Source: Synechococcus sp. (GTDB lineage Bacteria > Cyanobacteriota > Cyanobacteriia > PCC-6307 > Cyanobiaceae). Taken from it: DNA of 64,000 nt. Below, piece by piece: positions 49,878 to 60,298 of the stretch. The notes below the pieces were generated by a model. It was given only the letters and a program-made list of their open reading frames with translations. It ran no database searches and had not been told where the DNA came from. The stretch is from NCBI GenBank assembly GCA_047284725.1, contig JBJBEO010000001.1, forward strand, positions 2,232,203 to 2,296,202, written 5' to 3'. The position numbers and the translations under genes were made by a program. Each line of letters begins with the position of its first letter. The stretch's first letter is position 1.

Positions 49878-51996
49878 CCAACCCCATCTTGTTTTAGCCG
49901 GGGGAGGCCACACCCATGCCCTGCTGCTCAAGCAATGGCTGATGCGACCGCATTCGCGACCCAAAAGCTTGATCACACTGGTAAGCGCAAGCAGCAGCAC
50001 CCTCTATTCAGGATTCATTCCATCCCATCTCTCGGGGCAACTCCCTCTGGCAGATACCTCCATCAATATGCGCAGCCTTGCCGATCGAGCCGGCGTACAT
50101 TTCATCCAATCGGATGCTAGATCCATCGATCTGAGCAACAAATTGCTTCTGCTCAGCAATCGCCCTGCGATTGCTTTTGACGTCCTCAGCCTCAACCTAG
50201 GAGCGATTGTACCCAAGCAACACTTCAATGCCTCAATCCCAATCAAACCCCTAGGAGAAGCTCTACAAGCCCTACGCCAACAAGACCTAGACCGCAACCG
50301 TGACCAATCCGTCTTTCACGTAGTCGGTGCAGGATTCGCTGCGACTGAGGTGGTATTTGCGTTGCGTCGTCGGTGGCCCAAACGACCCCTTGTTCTGCAC
50401 TGCGGTGCTCATCAACTCAACGAACGCTTCATCAAAGCCCTTTCAGCCATTGATGTCACCGTCACGAAAACACCAGCCCCTGATGGCACCGATACATTGC
50501 TATGCACAGGATCTGAAGCCCCAAGCTGGCTGCACAAAACAGGTCTGAGATGTGATTTCCAGGGTCGCGTTCTCACCGAATCAACGCTGCAATCGCTCGA
50601 TCATCCTTGGCTCTTCGCCTCAGGCGACTGTGCCTCGATCCATGAGCATCCCAGACCCGCATCAGGGGTTTACGCCGTGCGAGCCGCTCCCGTCCTGGCC
50701 ACCAACCTGAAGCGAACACTCGAAGGCCAGGCACTCAAACGCTGGACACCTCAACAATGCGCCCTGCAATTAGTCGGCACCCACAATCCCAACCGACGGA
50801 ACACCGCCTGGGCCAAGATCGGCACCATTCTGATTGGCCCACATCCCTGGCTCTGGCGCTGGAAGCAATGGCTGGATCGCCGTTTCATCCAAAGCTTTCA
50901 ACGCCTCACAGAGGCTGCGAGCGAGATGCGTGGCCAGAGCGATACAACGAACACCATGGCTTGCCGGGGCTGCGCAGCCAAGCTGGGCGCCTCTCCCCTC
51001 AAGCAAGCGCTGCAACTGGCTGGTGTACCCAGCCTGGGCAGTGACCCCGCAGATGCCCAGCCCATCGCCATCCATCGCGATGGAACCACACAACTCACCT
51101 CTGTGGATGGTTTTCCGGCTCTGCTGTCAGACCCCTGGCTGAATGGCCGGCTCACAACATTGCACGCCTGCTCCGACCTCTGGGCCAGTGGAGCGGACGT
51201 CTCCAGCGCCCTGGCGCTTCTGACGCTGCCGGCCACCGACCAGGCCAGCCAGATTCAGCTGATGAGCCAAACCCTGGCAGGCATTCGATCAGCACTTGAG
51301 CAACAAAATGCCGCCCTCCTTGGCGGCCACACCATGGAGTCGAGGCAAGCGAGCAACCAACCGGTCGGCCTCGACCTGCAGGTGAGCCTGAGCGTGTTCG
51401 GATCCACCCCCTCTCAACAACCAGCCTGGGGCAAAGGGCCCTTGCGCAGTGGGGATCGATTGTTGCTCAGCCGGAGCATCGGAACAGGGGTGTTGTTTGC
51501 CGCGGCCATGCAGGGACGCTGCCCGGGGCCATGGCTAGATCAAGCCTTGGACGAACTGACCAAGAGTCAACATCCACGTCTCCACGAGCTGCGAGAAGCC
51601 AACGCAAAGGCACCTGACAGCATCCATGCCTGCACCGACATCACCGGCTTTGGCCTGCTGGGGCATCTCAACGAAATGGTGGATGCCAGTGACACCATCC
51701 AAGTGGAACTGGAGATCGACAAAATTCCTGCTTATCACGGGGTGCACCACTTGCTGGAACAAGGCTTGACCAGCACTGCTGCACCGGCCAACCGAAAGGC
51801 CTGGTCCAGCCTGGAGCACTCGGTCAAACTGAAAACGAGTGAGCTGAAATCAGGAACCGCGGCTGACACCATCCACCTGGAACTTCTGATTGACCCGCAA
51901 ACCTGCGGCCCACTCCTGGTGAGCTGCTCACAGGCAGCCGCCGACATCTTGCTCTCCCAAGGATGGACGGCCATCGGCACCGTTAGGCACCGATGA
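49804..51996 (+). CDS. selD: selenide, water dikinase fused to an N-terminal pyridine nucleotide-disulfide oxidoreductase domain; start may be downstream (TTG near 49855)
   Basis: GGGHTH, FASGDCA, CRGCAAK, GGHT, TDITGFGLLGHL, DPQTCGPLL. Confidence 0.92.
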   Translation: MLTARSSEKNSINIGGILAQASASNQPHLVLAGGGHTHALLLKQWLMRPHSRPKSLITLVSASSSTLYSGFIPSHLSGQLPLADTSINMRSLADRAGVHFIQSDARSIDLSNKLLLLSNRPAIAFDVLSLNLGAIVPKQHFNASIPIKPLGEALQALRQQDLDRNRDQSVFHVVGAGFAATEVVFALRRRWPKRPLVLHCGAHQLNERFIKALSAIDVTVTKTPAPDGTDTLLCTGSEAPSWLHKTGLRCDFQGRVLTESTLQSLDHPWLFASGDCASIHEHPRPASGVYAVRAAPVLATNLKRTLEGQALKRWTPQQCALQLVGTHNPNRRNTAWAKIGTILIGPHPWLWRWKQWLDRRFIQSFQRLTEAASEMRGQSDTTNTMACRGCAAKLGASPLKQALQLAGVPSLGSDPADAQPIAIHRDGTTQLTSVDGFPALLSDPWLNGRLTTLHACSDLWASGADVSSALALLTLPATDQASQIQLMSQTLAGIRSALEQQNAALLGGHTMESRQASNQPVGLDLQVSLSVFGSTPSQQPAWGKGPLRSGDRLLLSRSIGTGVLFAAAMQGRCPGPWLDQALDELTKSQHPRLHELREANAKAPDSIHACTDITGFGLLGHLNEMVDASDTIQVELEIDKIPAYHGVHHLLEQGLTSTAAPANRKAWSSLEHSVKLKTSELKSGTAADTIHLELLIDPQTCGPLLVSCSQAAADILLSQGWTAIGTVRHR

Positions 51997-52140
51997 CAGG
52001 CAACGTCAAGTCCTTCATTCGCAAGGACAGCGCTTGAACATTCGGCACCTCCTGGTTGCACCCATCAACTGCAGAAACACCCCCTCCTCGCGACCAACCA
52101 GGTCATCACCGGCTGCATGAGGCGGCGAAGACGCCTCACC

Positions 52141-54528
52141 TCATCCATCAACAGCTTGAATCGGTGCCAGACGTGGATCAAGAATTTTCGGCCCCATCCC
52201 TGGGAACTTCACAGCGATCGAGACCTTCTCGCCGCTTCCGAAGGTGTGGGTGATCTCGCCAACGCCAAAGCTCGCGTGACTCACCTGGTCACCGACCGCC
52301 CAGCTCTTACCAGGAGCCGGGCCAACCTGACGGCGACGCACCGCATTGGCAGGAGGACTGCCCGGTTTGCGCCGATCCACCCGTGTCAATCGCTCCAGCC
52401 GCTGGTCCCGCCGGATCGCCGCCCCGCCGCTGCGAGGGATGTCCCCCTGCACCAGGGCCTCCGGCAGCTCTGAAAGGAACACACTCGGCACCGCCGGCTC
52501 ACGCATCCCTCCCCAGAGGCGCCGCTCACTGGCATGGGAAAGGAACAGCCGCTCCTTGGCCCGGGTGATGCCCACGTAACAGAGGCGGCGTTCTTCCTCC
52601 AACGAAGCTGGGTCGTCAAGGGATCGATAGCTGGGGAACAGCCCCTGCTCCATTCCCACCAGACACACCACGGGGAATTCCAGTCCTTTGCTGCTATGGA
52701 GCGTCATCAAGGTGATGCGATCAGCCGCCGTGTCTTTGCTGTCGGCATCGCTGGCCAGGGCCGCCGAGGCCAGGAAACCCTCGAGGTCGCCTTCCTCATT
52801 TTCCTCCTGATATTGCAGAGCTGCATTCACCAGTTCCTGCAGGTTGCGGCGTCGTTCCTCCGCCTCATCGGAGCCATCAGCGATCAACTCACTGACGTAG
52901 CCGCTCTTTTCCATCACCTGCTGAATCAGTTCCGACGGCGGTGTGTCGTGGATGCACTGCTTGAGATCGTTGAGCAGATCGCAGAACTGCAGCAATCCCT
53001 TCGCGGAGCGCCCCCCAAGGGATCGCACCGCTTCGGGGTCACTGACCACATCCCAGAGGGGAATCCCCAGCTGAGTGGCCGCATCCGTAAGACGCTGAAT
53101 GGTGGTTTTGCCGATCCCACGCTTCGGCACATTGATCACCCGCAACAGGCTGACCGTGTCGGCAGGGTTGATCAGCAGGCGCAAATAGGCAAGAAGATCC
53201 TTGATCTCGCGGCGGTCGTAGAAACGCAGACCGCCCACCACCACGTAAGGAATGCGCCAGCGCACCAGCGATTCCTCGATCGCCCGCGACTGGGCATTGG
53301 TCCGATACAGCACCGCCATATCTCCCCAGGTGAGCTCGGGGTTCGCCGCCTCCATCATCCGCAGCCGATGCACCACCGCTTCTGCCTCGGCGATTTCGTC
53401 ATCGCAACGGGTGAGGGAAATCAGCTCCCCTTCACCGCGCGTGGGCCGCAGCACCTTGTCGATCCGCTCACTGTTGTTGGCGATCAGAGCATTGGCCGCC
53501 TCGAGAATCGTGGCGGTGGAGCGATAGTTCTCCTCCAGCTTCACCATCGTGCGGGTGCTGTCATCCGGCGCTTGGTCACCGAAATCGTCCTGGAAACCCA
53601 TCAGGATCGTGAAGTCAGCAGCCCGGAAGCTGTAGATGCTCTGATCGGCGTCACCCACCACAAAGACCGACCGCCCCTGCCAGTTGTCGTAACGCTCAGG
53701 ATCCACCCCATCAGTCACAAGGAGCTTGATCAGCTCGTACTGGGTGCGATTGGTGTCTTGGTATTCGTCCACCAGCACATGGGCAAAACGGCGGTGCCAA
53801 TAGCCGCGAACCTGCTCGTTCTGCTGCAGCAACTGCACCGGCAACAGCAGCAGATCGTCGAAATCGAGGGCGTTGTTAGCCGCCAACGCTTTGCGGTAGC
53901 GGCGATACACATCAGCGGTGAGCTTGCCCCGCTGACCCTCGGCATTGGCCTCCAGCTGATCCGGCAACCAGCCCTGGTTCTTGGCATTGCTGATCGCCCA
54001 ACGCGTCTTCTTGGGATCGAACCGCTTGGGATCAAGCTGCAGCTCCTGGGTGACGATCTCCTTCACCAGGCTCTGGGCGTCGGCCTCGTCGTAGATGGAG
54101 AACTGCTTGGTCCAGGTGAGGCCCTCCGCGTCTTTGAACTTGTCGATGTCAAAGCGGAGCATGCGCGCAAACAGCGCATGGAAGGTACCGATCCAAAGCT
54201 CCTTGGTCACGTCCCGGTATATCCTAGAACGCAACTGACGCTGCTCCACCGCTGGCAAGGTGCTCCAGGGCTGGCCGTACTGACTCTGGGCCAAGCGCTG
54301 GGCCAGCAACAGCTCCAGCCGCTCCTTCATCTCGCGAGCAGCCTTATTGGTGAACGTCACCGCCAGGATCTGGGCTGGATCAGCACCATGCTCTCCAATC
54401 AGGTGAGCGATGCGATGGGTGAGCGCGCGCGTCTTGCCGCTGCCGGCTCCAGCCACCACCAAGAGCGGCCCCTCGTGATGATCCACTGCCCGTCGCTGGG
54501 CGTCGTTGAGACCTGCAAGAAAGCTCAT
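52141..54528 (-). CDS. uvrD: UvrD/PcrA ATP-dependent DNA helicase
   Basis: AGAGSGKT, TFTNKAA, DEYQDTN, GDADQSIY, NYRS, TLHSSKGLEF, EERRL.YVGITRA. Confidence 0.97.
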   Translation of the reverse strand: MSFLAGLNDAQRRAVDHHEGPLLVVAGAGSGKTRALTHRIAHLIGEHGADPAQILAVTFTNKAAREMKERLELLLAQRLAQSQYGQPWSTLPAVEQRQLRSRIYRDVTKELWIGTFHALFARMLRFDIDKFKDAEGLTWTKQFSIYDEADAQSLVKEIVTQELQLDPKRFDPKKTRWAISNAKNQGWLPDQLEANAEGQRGKLTADVYRRYRKALAANNALDFDDLLLLPVQLLQQNEQVRGYWHRRFAHVLVDEYQDTNRTQYELIKLLVTDGVDPERYDNWQGRSVFVVGDADQSIYSFRAADFTILMGFQDDFGDQAPDDSTRTMVKLEENYRSTATILEAANALIANNSERIDKVLRPTRGEGELISLTRCDDEIAEAEAVVHRLRMMEAANPELTWGDMAVLYRTNAQSRAIEESLVRWRIPYVVVGGLRFYDRREIKDLLAYLRLLINPADTVSLLRVINVPKRGIGKTTIQRLTDAATQLGIPLWDVVSDPEAVRSLGGRSAKGLLQFCDLLNDLKQCIHDTPPSELIQQVMEKSGYVSELIADGSDEAEERRRNLQELVNAALQYQEENEEGDLEGFLASAALASDADSKDTAADRITLMTLHSSKGLEFPVVCLVGMEQGLFPSYRSLDDPASLEEERRLCYVGITRAKERLFLSHASERRLWGGMREPAVPSVFLSELPEALVQGDIPRSGGAAIRRDQRLERLTRVDRRKPGSPPANAVRRRQVGPAPGKSWAVGDQVSHASFGVGEITHTFGSGEKVSIAVKFPGMGPKILDPRLAPIQAVDG

Positions 54529-54717
54529 GGGGGTGAGGCTATCGCTCTTCAACCACCTGCAAAGACTGCACGGATGCGACACCCACTCGGGTGAAGACAC
54601 AAACGGCTGGATGGGCTAAAAATTCCCGCAGGGAATCACCGAGTGTTCATGTGCAGTCAACAGGCCCAGAGTCCCTAATGCAGATGAATCGGCCACACCG
54701 GCAACGCGGGCGTCGCC

Positions 54718-56154
54718 TCACGATGACCGACGTTCACAACGCCAGACCTGGGCATAGGGCGCATCGGGCAACCGTTGTTCGCAGTGATAACCAACCGCTT
54801 TCACCCGGCGCAGCATCGGCTTCACGCGAGGCCTGACGCCCTCCAAATCACCGCTGTCGGCCAACCAGAGCAAAGAGGGTGGATCAGCCTGACGTAACAA
54901 CCGGTCGAGAGCAGCGGCATCACCCCAGATAGACGGCGGAGAGTGCATCCGACCAGCTGCCACCTCCGTGCGATCGCTGAGGTTGAGCAAACGCTCACGG
55001 CGCGAAAAACGGTAAGGCTCCGCTGCCAGCGATCGACTCACCAACTGGAACTGATCCCCCTCCCGGGAGGCCAGTCCTCGGATACCAGGGTCAAGCTCTG
55101 CAAAAGCATGCCACCACCAACTGATCACCAACAACAGCAACAGCAATGCGGCCATTCGCTGCCCGATGCGCGTCAACGACAGTGCAGCCCCTTGCACAGC
55201 AAGCCAGGGGATCAAGGCAGGCAGCAGCACCACGAAATAGCGGCTGAAGGCCATTGGCTTCCAGTAGGAGATCCCCACCACCGCAAACACCATCACCAAC
55301 GAGGGCAGCAAGCCACTGTGATCGGCCAGAGCACAGGACGACAACTTCCTTCGTGGGACGTTCGTGGGCGCAGACGAGGGAGCCGAGCACCAGTGCACGA
55401 TGGCCCAGCCACCGAGCCCAAGCACGGCCAACTTGGGGAGTGGCCAGAGCCCCAACGCACGCGCCAGAGTGTCTTCGAGGAGAGCGAAATCAGGAGGCCC
55501 GATCCATGCACCGGTGCCGCTGCGCAGCAGATAGGCCGATGCCAACACCATCCACAGCGCAGCCGGAACCAAGCCGAAGGCCGCCGACAACGCCAAGCCA
55601 CGTCGACCGCGACATGCATCCCAAACCAACGCAGCTGAGAACAGGAACAGGCCGTAATAGTGAGTAAGAGCAGCGAGGGCGACGATGCCTCCGTAAGCCC
55701 AGCGTTGCTGCCGTCTCCGGAACCACCAGGCCGCAGCCACCACCAACACCAACAGGGCATAGCCCTTGCCCTCAATGGCAAAACGCACCGTGTAGGGGGA
55801 ACACAATGTCAGCAAAGCAGCGAGGCCCATCGCCCGCTTTGGCCGTTCGAGAGCCAGAGCACCCGCCTGAAGCGTGATCATCAGCCCACCAGCCACGTAA
55901 AACAGCCAAGACAACAACCGCAAACCGACTGCGGTGGGTGGCAGCCAATGCCCCCAAAGCCAAACCAAGCTGTAATACAGCGGCGGATGGGTGTCTTGGC
56001 GGAGCATCGCAAGCAACGCCGCAAAACTGGGCTGAAAGCTCTTCCCCACCGTGTAGAGCTCATCGCTCCACAAACCGGTGGCATCGATCAACGCAAGCGC
56101 TCGTAAGGCAAACGCTGCACAACAAAGCAGCACTAACCAGTGCAACCCTTTCAT
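54718..56154 (-). CDS. GT-C fold membrane glycosyltransferase (GT39/ArnT-like)
   Basis: LWSDE, DTHPPLYY, THYY, many TMs; ATG overlaps the upstream stop (ATGA). Confidence 0.8.
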   Translation of the reverse strand: MKGLHWLVLLCCAAFALRALALIDATGLWSDELYTVGKSFQPSFAALLAMLRQDTHPPLYYSLVWLWGHWLPPTAVGLRLLSWLFYVAGGLMITLQAGALALERPKRAMGLAALLTLCSPYTVRFAIEGKGYALLVLVVAAAWWFRRRQQRWAYGGIVALAALTHYYGLFLFSAALVWDACRGRRGLALSAAFGLVPAALWMVLASAYLLRSGTGAWIGPPDFALLEDTLARALGLWPLPKLAVLGLGGWAIVHWCSAPSSAPTNVPRRKLSSCALADHSGLLPSLVMVFAVVGISYWKPMAFSRYFVVLLPALIPWLAVQGAALSLTRIGQRMAALLLLLLVISWWWHAFAELDPGIRGLASREGDQFQLVSRSLAAEPYRFSRRERLLNLSDRTEVAAGRMHSPPSIWGDAAALDRLLRQADPPSLLWLADSGDLEGVRPRVKPMLRRVKAVGYHCEQRLPDAPYAQVWRCERRSS

Positions 56155-57428
56155 CGCACACCCTCCAAAGCCCTCAGCCGCGCGTCCCGTAGAGCCTTCC
56201 CGACTGCAGGACCAGGTTGCATCCCCTGTGACAAGAGCTGCCGAGCCGTCACAGGAGCCACCACATGCCGCCATCGCCCCCACCAGCGGAGCAGCGGTCG
56301 CCAGCAAGGGCTGAACAAGGCAATGTCCAGCGCAATGACCTCTGCGCTCCAGGCCTCAGCCTCCAGCACTGCGGTCCAATGGGCTGCAGACCACACCTGC
56401 CAGGGGTGGGGTAAGACCTCCTTGATCAACCAAGCTTGAAAAGCCATGCGTTGATCGATCCAGCGCTGCTGCTGCAGGGGCAGCTGCAAACGCTGGGCTA
56501 AAACCTGGGGCGAGGCCGAAGCAGCGACCAGCGCGCAGAGCAATGGCAGTTGCAACCGCTCCGCACGCCGCAAGCGACGCTTCAACCGCGCATCGTTTTG
56601 TAGCTGTGCATCGAGCAGAGGCATGGCACCCCAGGCCTGCAGATGGGTGAGTGCCTGAGACCAGGGTTCACGGGCAAACAGCAACTCGAGCTCCATCCGC
56701 AGCCGGGTGCCCAGAGCAGGGGGCACTGCATCGAGGGAATCCCCGGGGCTCCAAGCCCAAGGCCAAGCCGCCACGGTGGTCTGCAACTGATCCAAAGCCT
56801 GCGGGGCCATTGCAAATCCCAGTCGAGCCGCATAACGAGCTCCCCTGATCACCCGAGTGGGATCGTCCTGCACGCTTCCCGCATGCAGGAAGTTCAACCG
56901 ACGCAGCGCAAGGTCCTGCTGACCACCATGGAGATCTAGCAGCTGGGGTTTCATGCCATTGGGATGAAGCACCAGGGCCATGGCATTAATAGTGAAATCA
57001 CGACGAACAAGGTCGTCTTGAAAGCAACCAGGCTCAACCAAGGGGTTCTGCCCTGGAGACGGATAGTGCTCCTTCCGGGCTTGGGCCACATCGACCATGA
57101 ACCCATCAAGCACCAATTCAACGGTGCCGAAGCTGCCGTGCACCCGCAATTCCGGCACCCGCTCGAGACCCAAACGCTCCCGCAACGTGGTTGCCAGCGC
57201 TTCACTGCTGCCCTCAACAACCAGATCGAGATCTGGCAAACCCCGCCATGGATCACGATGAACGTGATGAAGCAAGGCATCCCTCACTGCACCCCCAACG
57301 AGGGCCAACCGCTTGACGCCACAGTCACCAGCGGCTGCCTGCAGGTTGGCGAGGAGATCGCGAGGTACGCCGAGTAGGTCCACCGACTCAGGCACGAAAG
57401 GAACAGGACTGCAAATAATCTGCCTCAA
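56151..57428 (-). CDS. cca: class II tRNA nucleotidyltransferase (CCA family; loop resembles the A-adding type)
   Basis: LVGGAVRD, DLDL, FGT, AR.E.Y..PG.NP, DLVRRDFTINAM, DDPTR. Confidence 0.9.
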   Translation of the reverse strand: MRQIICSPVPFVPESVDLLGVPRDLLANLQAAAGDCGVKRLALVGGAVRDALLHHVHRDPWRGLPDLDLVVEGSSEALATTLRERLGLERVPELRVHGSFGTVELVLDGFMVDVAQARKEHYPSPGQNPLVEPGCFQDDLVRRDFTINAMALVLHPNGMKPQLLDLHGGQQDLALRRLNFLHAGSVQDDPTRVIRGARYAARLGFAMAPQALDQLQTTVAAWPWAWSPGDSLDAVPPALGTRLRMELELLFAREPWSQALTHLQAWGAMPLLDAQLQNDARLKRRLRRAERLQLPLLCALVAASASPQVLAQRLQLPLQQQRWIDQRMAFQAWLIKEVLPHPWQVWSAAHWTAVLEAEAWSAEVIALDIALFSPCWRPLLRWWGRWRHVVAPVTARQLLSQGMQPGPAVGKALRDARLRALEGVR

Positions 57429-57662
57429 GCATCATTCGCAGCTCTACAGATTTGCGCAAGACACAAACTATCTTCGCACCCTAAACGGCACGTCAAATCC
57501 TGGTTAGGCAATCGCACGACTCACGAAGACGGCCGCCAAGCGCCAACACCTCCCATACCAGCGAACAACAACAATGCAGGTGGAAATCTAAAGAACTCAA
57601 GGAGCAAGAAAATCAAGAATGACCAACCCAAAGCAGAACACATCATTGCCTGTATCGACTCA

Positions 57663-58727
57663 TCAAGAGGAGGCAACACCAGCGCCTGGGAAGCAGACCG
57701 AAACAAGCTGGCGCCCTAATTGCTCATAATCAGCAGAACGCAAGAATGCCTCACGCGCCCCATCCAAGGGCCAAGAAGATGGCCTCTCTTTGGAAAGGAT
57801 TGCACATATCTTCATCAACCACTCATCGGCACTGGCCCCCATCCGCATATGCCAGACCCCTTCAGAACCAGGTGTAAATTCCAGTGAAAATCCCGTCATC
57901 ATCGATAGCGTGGAACAACCACAAGCGATCGCCTCAGGAAACGACAAAGGCCCGCCCTCTTGTACAGCAACAGAGCACAACAAACGAGCTGAACGCATCA
58001 AATCCGGATAATCCGAGTAGGGGGGATCCAAAACTTGCACTTGCGAAGGAATCAACTCCCTCTCATCACTCCAACCTGGACCAACGACAGCAACTCTCAA
58101 GCCACACTCAGAAAGACGTCGAAGAAGATCAAGCTGCAACACATAACCTTTACGAAAACGTTCACCGACCTGGCGCAACGAATAACTCGACCCAGCAAAA
58201 AGCACATCGATCTTGCAATCAGACTCCGAAATCAATCGAGGCGGCCAAAAAATGGATCGGTTCACCCCGGCAGGAAAATGGTGGACTCTGTGCCCTTCAA
58301 CGCCCTTGGACAAAAACAAATTATGCTCAAACAAACTTTGCGTCAAAATCGCGTGAAGCTCTTTAACCCTCGGCACAACCTTATTAACCTCCACATGAGG
58401 AGCATAATAAACAATCCTTTGAGGGGGCACTCCTACGCGTAGCACCTCCCCAATACGGGCACCAGACATCACAAACACGAAGGCATTCGAGGAAGAAAAA
58501 AGCCTCTTGAGCTCGACAATCGAATCGCAGGCTACAACCTCAGGGCGACCTGGCAAAGCACATAAAGCCTGCGAAGACACTAATCCTCGCCAGACAAAAC
58601 CCAAGCTCCAACGACCAGTTGAATAATAAATAATTTTTTTGGCCCCATCAGCATTGGGTGACAACGAAAACAGCGCCGCTTGGCCGGAGCGAACCGATGA
58701 AATCTTACGGAAAACTCGTTTCAGCAC
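57663..58727 (-). CDS. GT-B glycosyltransferase (GT4-like)
   Basis: QEGGPLSFPEAIACG, VVGPGW. Confidence 0.75.
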   Translation of the reverse strand: MLKRVFRKISSVRSGQAALFSLSPNADGAKKIIYYSTGRWSLGFVWRGLVSSQALCALPGRPEVVACDSIVELKRLFSSSNAFVFVMSGARIGEVLRVGVPPQRIVYYAPHVEVNKVVPRVKELHAILTQSLFEHNLFLSKGVEGHRVHHFPAGVNRSIFWPPRLISESDCKIDVLFAGSSYSLRQVGERFRKGYVLQLDLLRRLSECGLRVAVVGPGWSDERELIPSQVQVLDPPYSDYPDLMRSARLLCSVAVQEGGPLSFPEAIACGCSTLSMMTGFSLEFTPGSEGVWHMRMGASADEWLMKICAILSKERPSSWPLDGAREAFLRSADYEQLGRQLVSVCFPGAGVASS

Positions 58728-58953
58728 GGCTCGACCTGATTGACACGACCATCATAGAGATCATCAACCATGAGAACAACCTGACGAATCAGCCAGCAAT
58801 GCAGATATCAAAAACGCACAAACAATCATGACGCGTTCAGGAACACAACTATCCCTCCCGTCGCCCCAAAAGAGGAGTCGCCAACCAAACCAGCCAAAAG
58901 CATATTCTCATCATTTAAGACAAAGACGCTCAACCAGGAAATCCCAGAAGGCC

Positions 58954-60270
58954 TCAAGATCTTGCCCACACCTTCCAGTTATCCGCCGAGGACTTATAAG
59001 ACATTGGCCCACCCCTGACCATCCAGTTACCACGAAAAAAGGAGAGCGAAAAATCTTGGAACAGCACCCTCTGCAACAACGGCAGCCCAGAATGATCCAA
59101 TTGCTGCAGAGGAGATCGCGCACACAAACGCTCCAACGCCGAATTGTAAGAAGCCGGACCAAAGGAGCAATCATGGATTAATTGCAGTCGCCCAACAGAA
59201 TCGAATCGAGCATCAGTGTAATCAAAACCCCTTAAATCATTCGCCATCTCGGCAAAAAACGGACAGCTCCGCCTCGACACGAAAAAACTACTTTGCAAAT
59301 AGGGGACTCTCTTCTTGAGATACAGCAAACTTGCATCATGCTGCAGGGCCAAGGCAAGCACGCGCTGAGACGTGGCGACGGGTATGACGTCGCTGTCAAG
59401 CCAAATCATGTCGTTGCACGAAGCATAAGCCAGACGAAAAACATCCGATTCGGCAGCGTAATGAGGTGCAGTTTCAAACGGAATTTGAAAATCAGGGTTG
59501 CACTTGACAATCCACGCAAGAGCCTGATCACGATTGAAAACCTGTACAGCGTTCAGGCCAAGCCTTCCGAAGAGTGTGTTCCACTGCTCTGTGATCGCCA
59601 CAACATCATGAGGTGGTGTGCCTTGACTCCAATACTGAATCGGCTGTGGCCGGAACAACGGGCTGACCACCGGATCAACAGCATCATCCAGGCCCCTCGC
59701 ATCATCACCATGGAGAATCGCTTCACTCCAGAGCCCATAAAGAGGAACCTGATCCCGTTTGAGATACGCCTGCAGATGGCGATGGACGTGACGTGATCGC
59801 ACCGTTCCAATGAGTTGATCACCTTTCAGACATTGTCGGCAACCCTTGTCCAAAATGGCGATAGCATCAGCTGGTCTACCTAAAAGCTGCAAACTTTCGC
59901 AGGCAATGTGATAGCCATCAAAGGACGAGGGCGATCGCTCGATCAGGGCCTGGGCATGCTGCAGGGCTTGGGCATAGCGGGCACTGGCATAGCAGGAGTC
60001 AGCCACGATCAAGCGCAGCTGTTGATCACCTGGCGATGAAGAAAGAGCCTGCTCACCAAGCTTGATCGTGGCATCAAACCATCGGCGCTTGGCACAAAGG
60101 CGCGCCACCTCGCGATGCAGATCAGTCCATCTCTTCGTTAAGGCCACCAAAATGATCAGGAGGCGCTGGGCCAGACGCTCACCACCACAGGCTGTCGCCA
60201 ACTTGACCAGAACCGTGAGCGCTTTCCGCAAGGTGCCAAACCTCGAACGACAAAAAACCCTAGAAGCCAA
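58954..60270 (-). CDS. TPR-containing protein with C-terminal GT32-like (DXD) domain
   Basis: TPR-like helices, then IQYW, ESDVFRL, IWLDSD, FGP. Confidence 0.65.
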   Translation of the reverse strand: MASRVFCRSRFGTLRKALTVLVKLATACGGERLAQRLLIILVALTKRWTDLHREVARLCAKRRWFDATIKLGEQALSSSPGDQQLRLIVADSCYASARYAQALQHAQALIERSPSSFDGYHIACESLQLLGRPADAIAILDKGCRQCLKGDQLIGTVRSRHVHRHLQAYLKRDQVPLYGLWSEAILHGDDARGLDDAVDPVVSPLFRPQPIQYWSQGTPPHDVVAITEQWNTLFGRLGLNAVQVFNRDQALAWIVKCNPDFQIPFETAPHYAAESDVFRLAYASCNDMIWLDSDVIPVATSQRVLALALQHDASLLYLKKRVPYLQSSFFVSRRSCPFFAEMANDLRGFDYTDARFDSVGRLQLIHDCSFGPASYNSALERLCARSPLQQLDHSGLPLLQRVLFQDFSLSFFRGNWMVRGGPMSYKSSADNWKVWARS

Positions 60271-60298
60271 CGTTCCGCCTCACAGGCCGCAATGAAGC

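Noticed and set aside
49804..51996. SelD fusion as a novel system or selenoprotein
   Set aside because: The oxidoreductase-SelD fusion is a known form; the active site is Cys (CRGCAAK) with no in-frame TGA
52534..54594. 686-aa plus-strand ORF
   Set aside because: Antisense shadow of GC-rich uvrD
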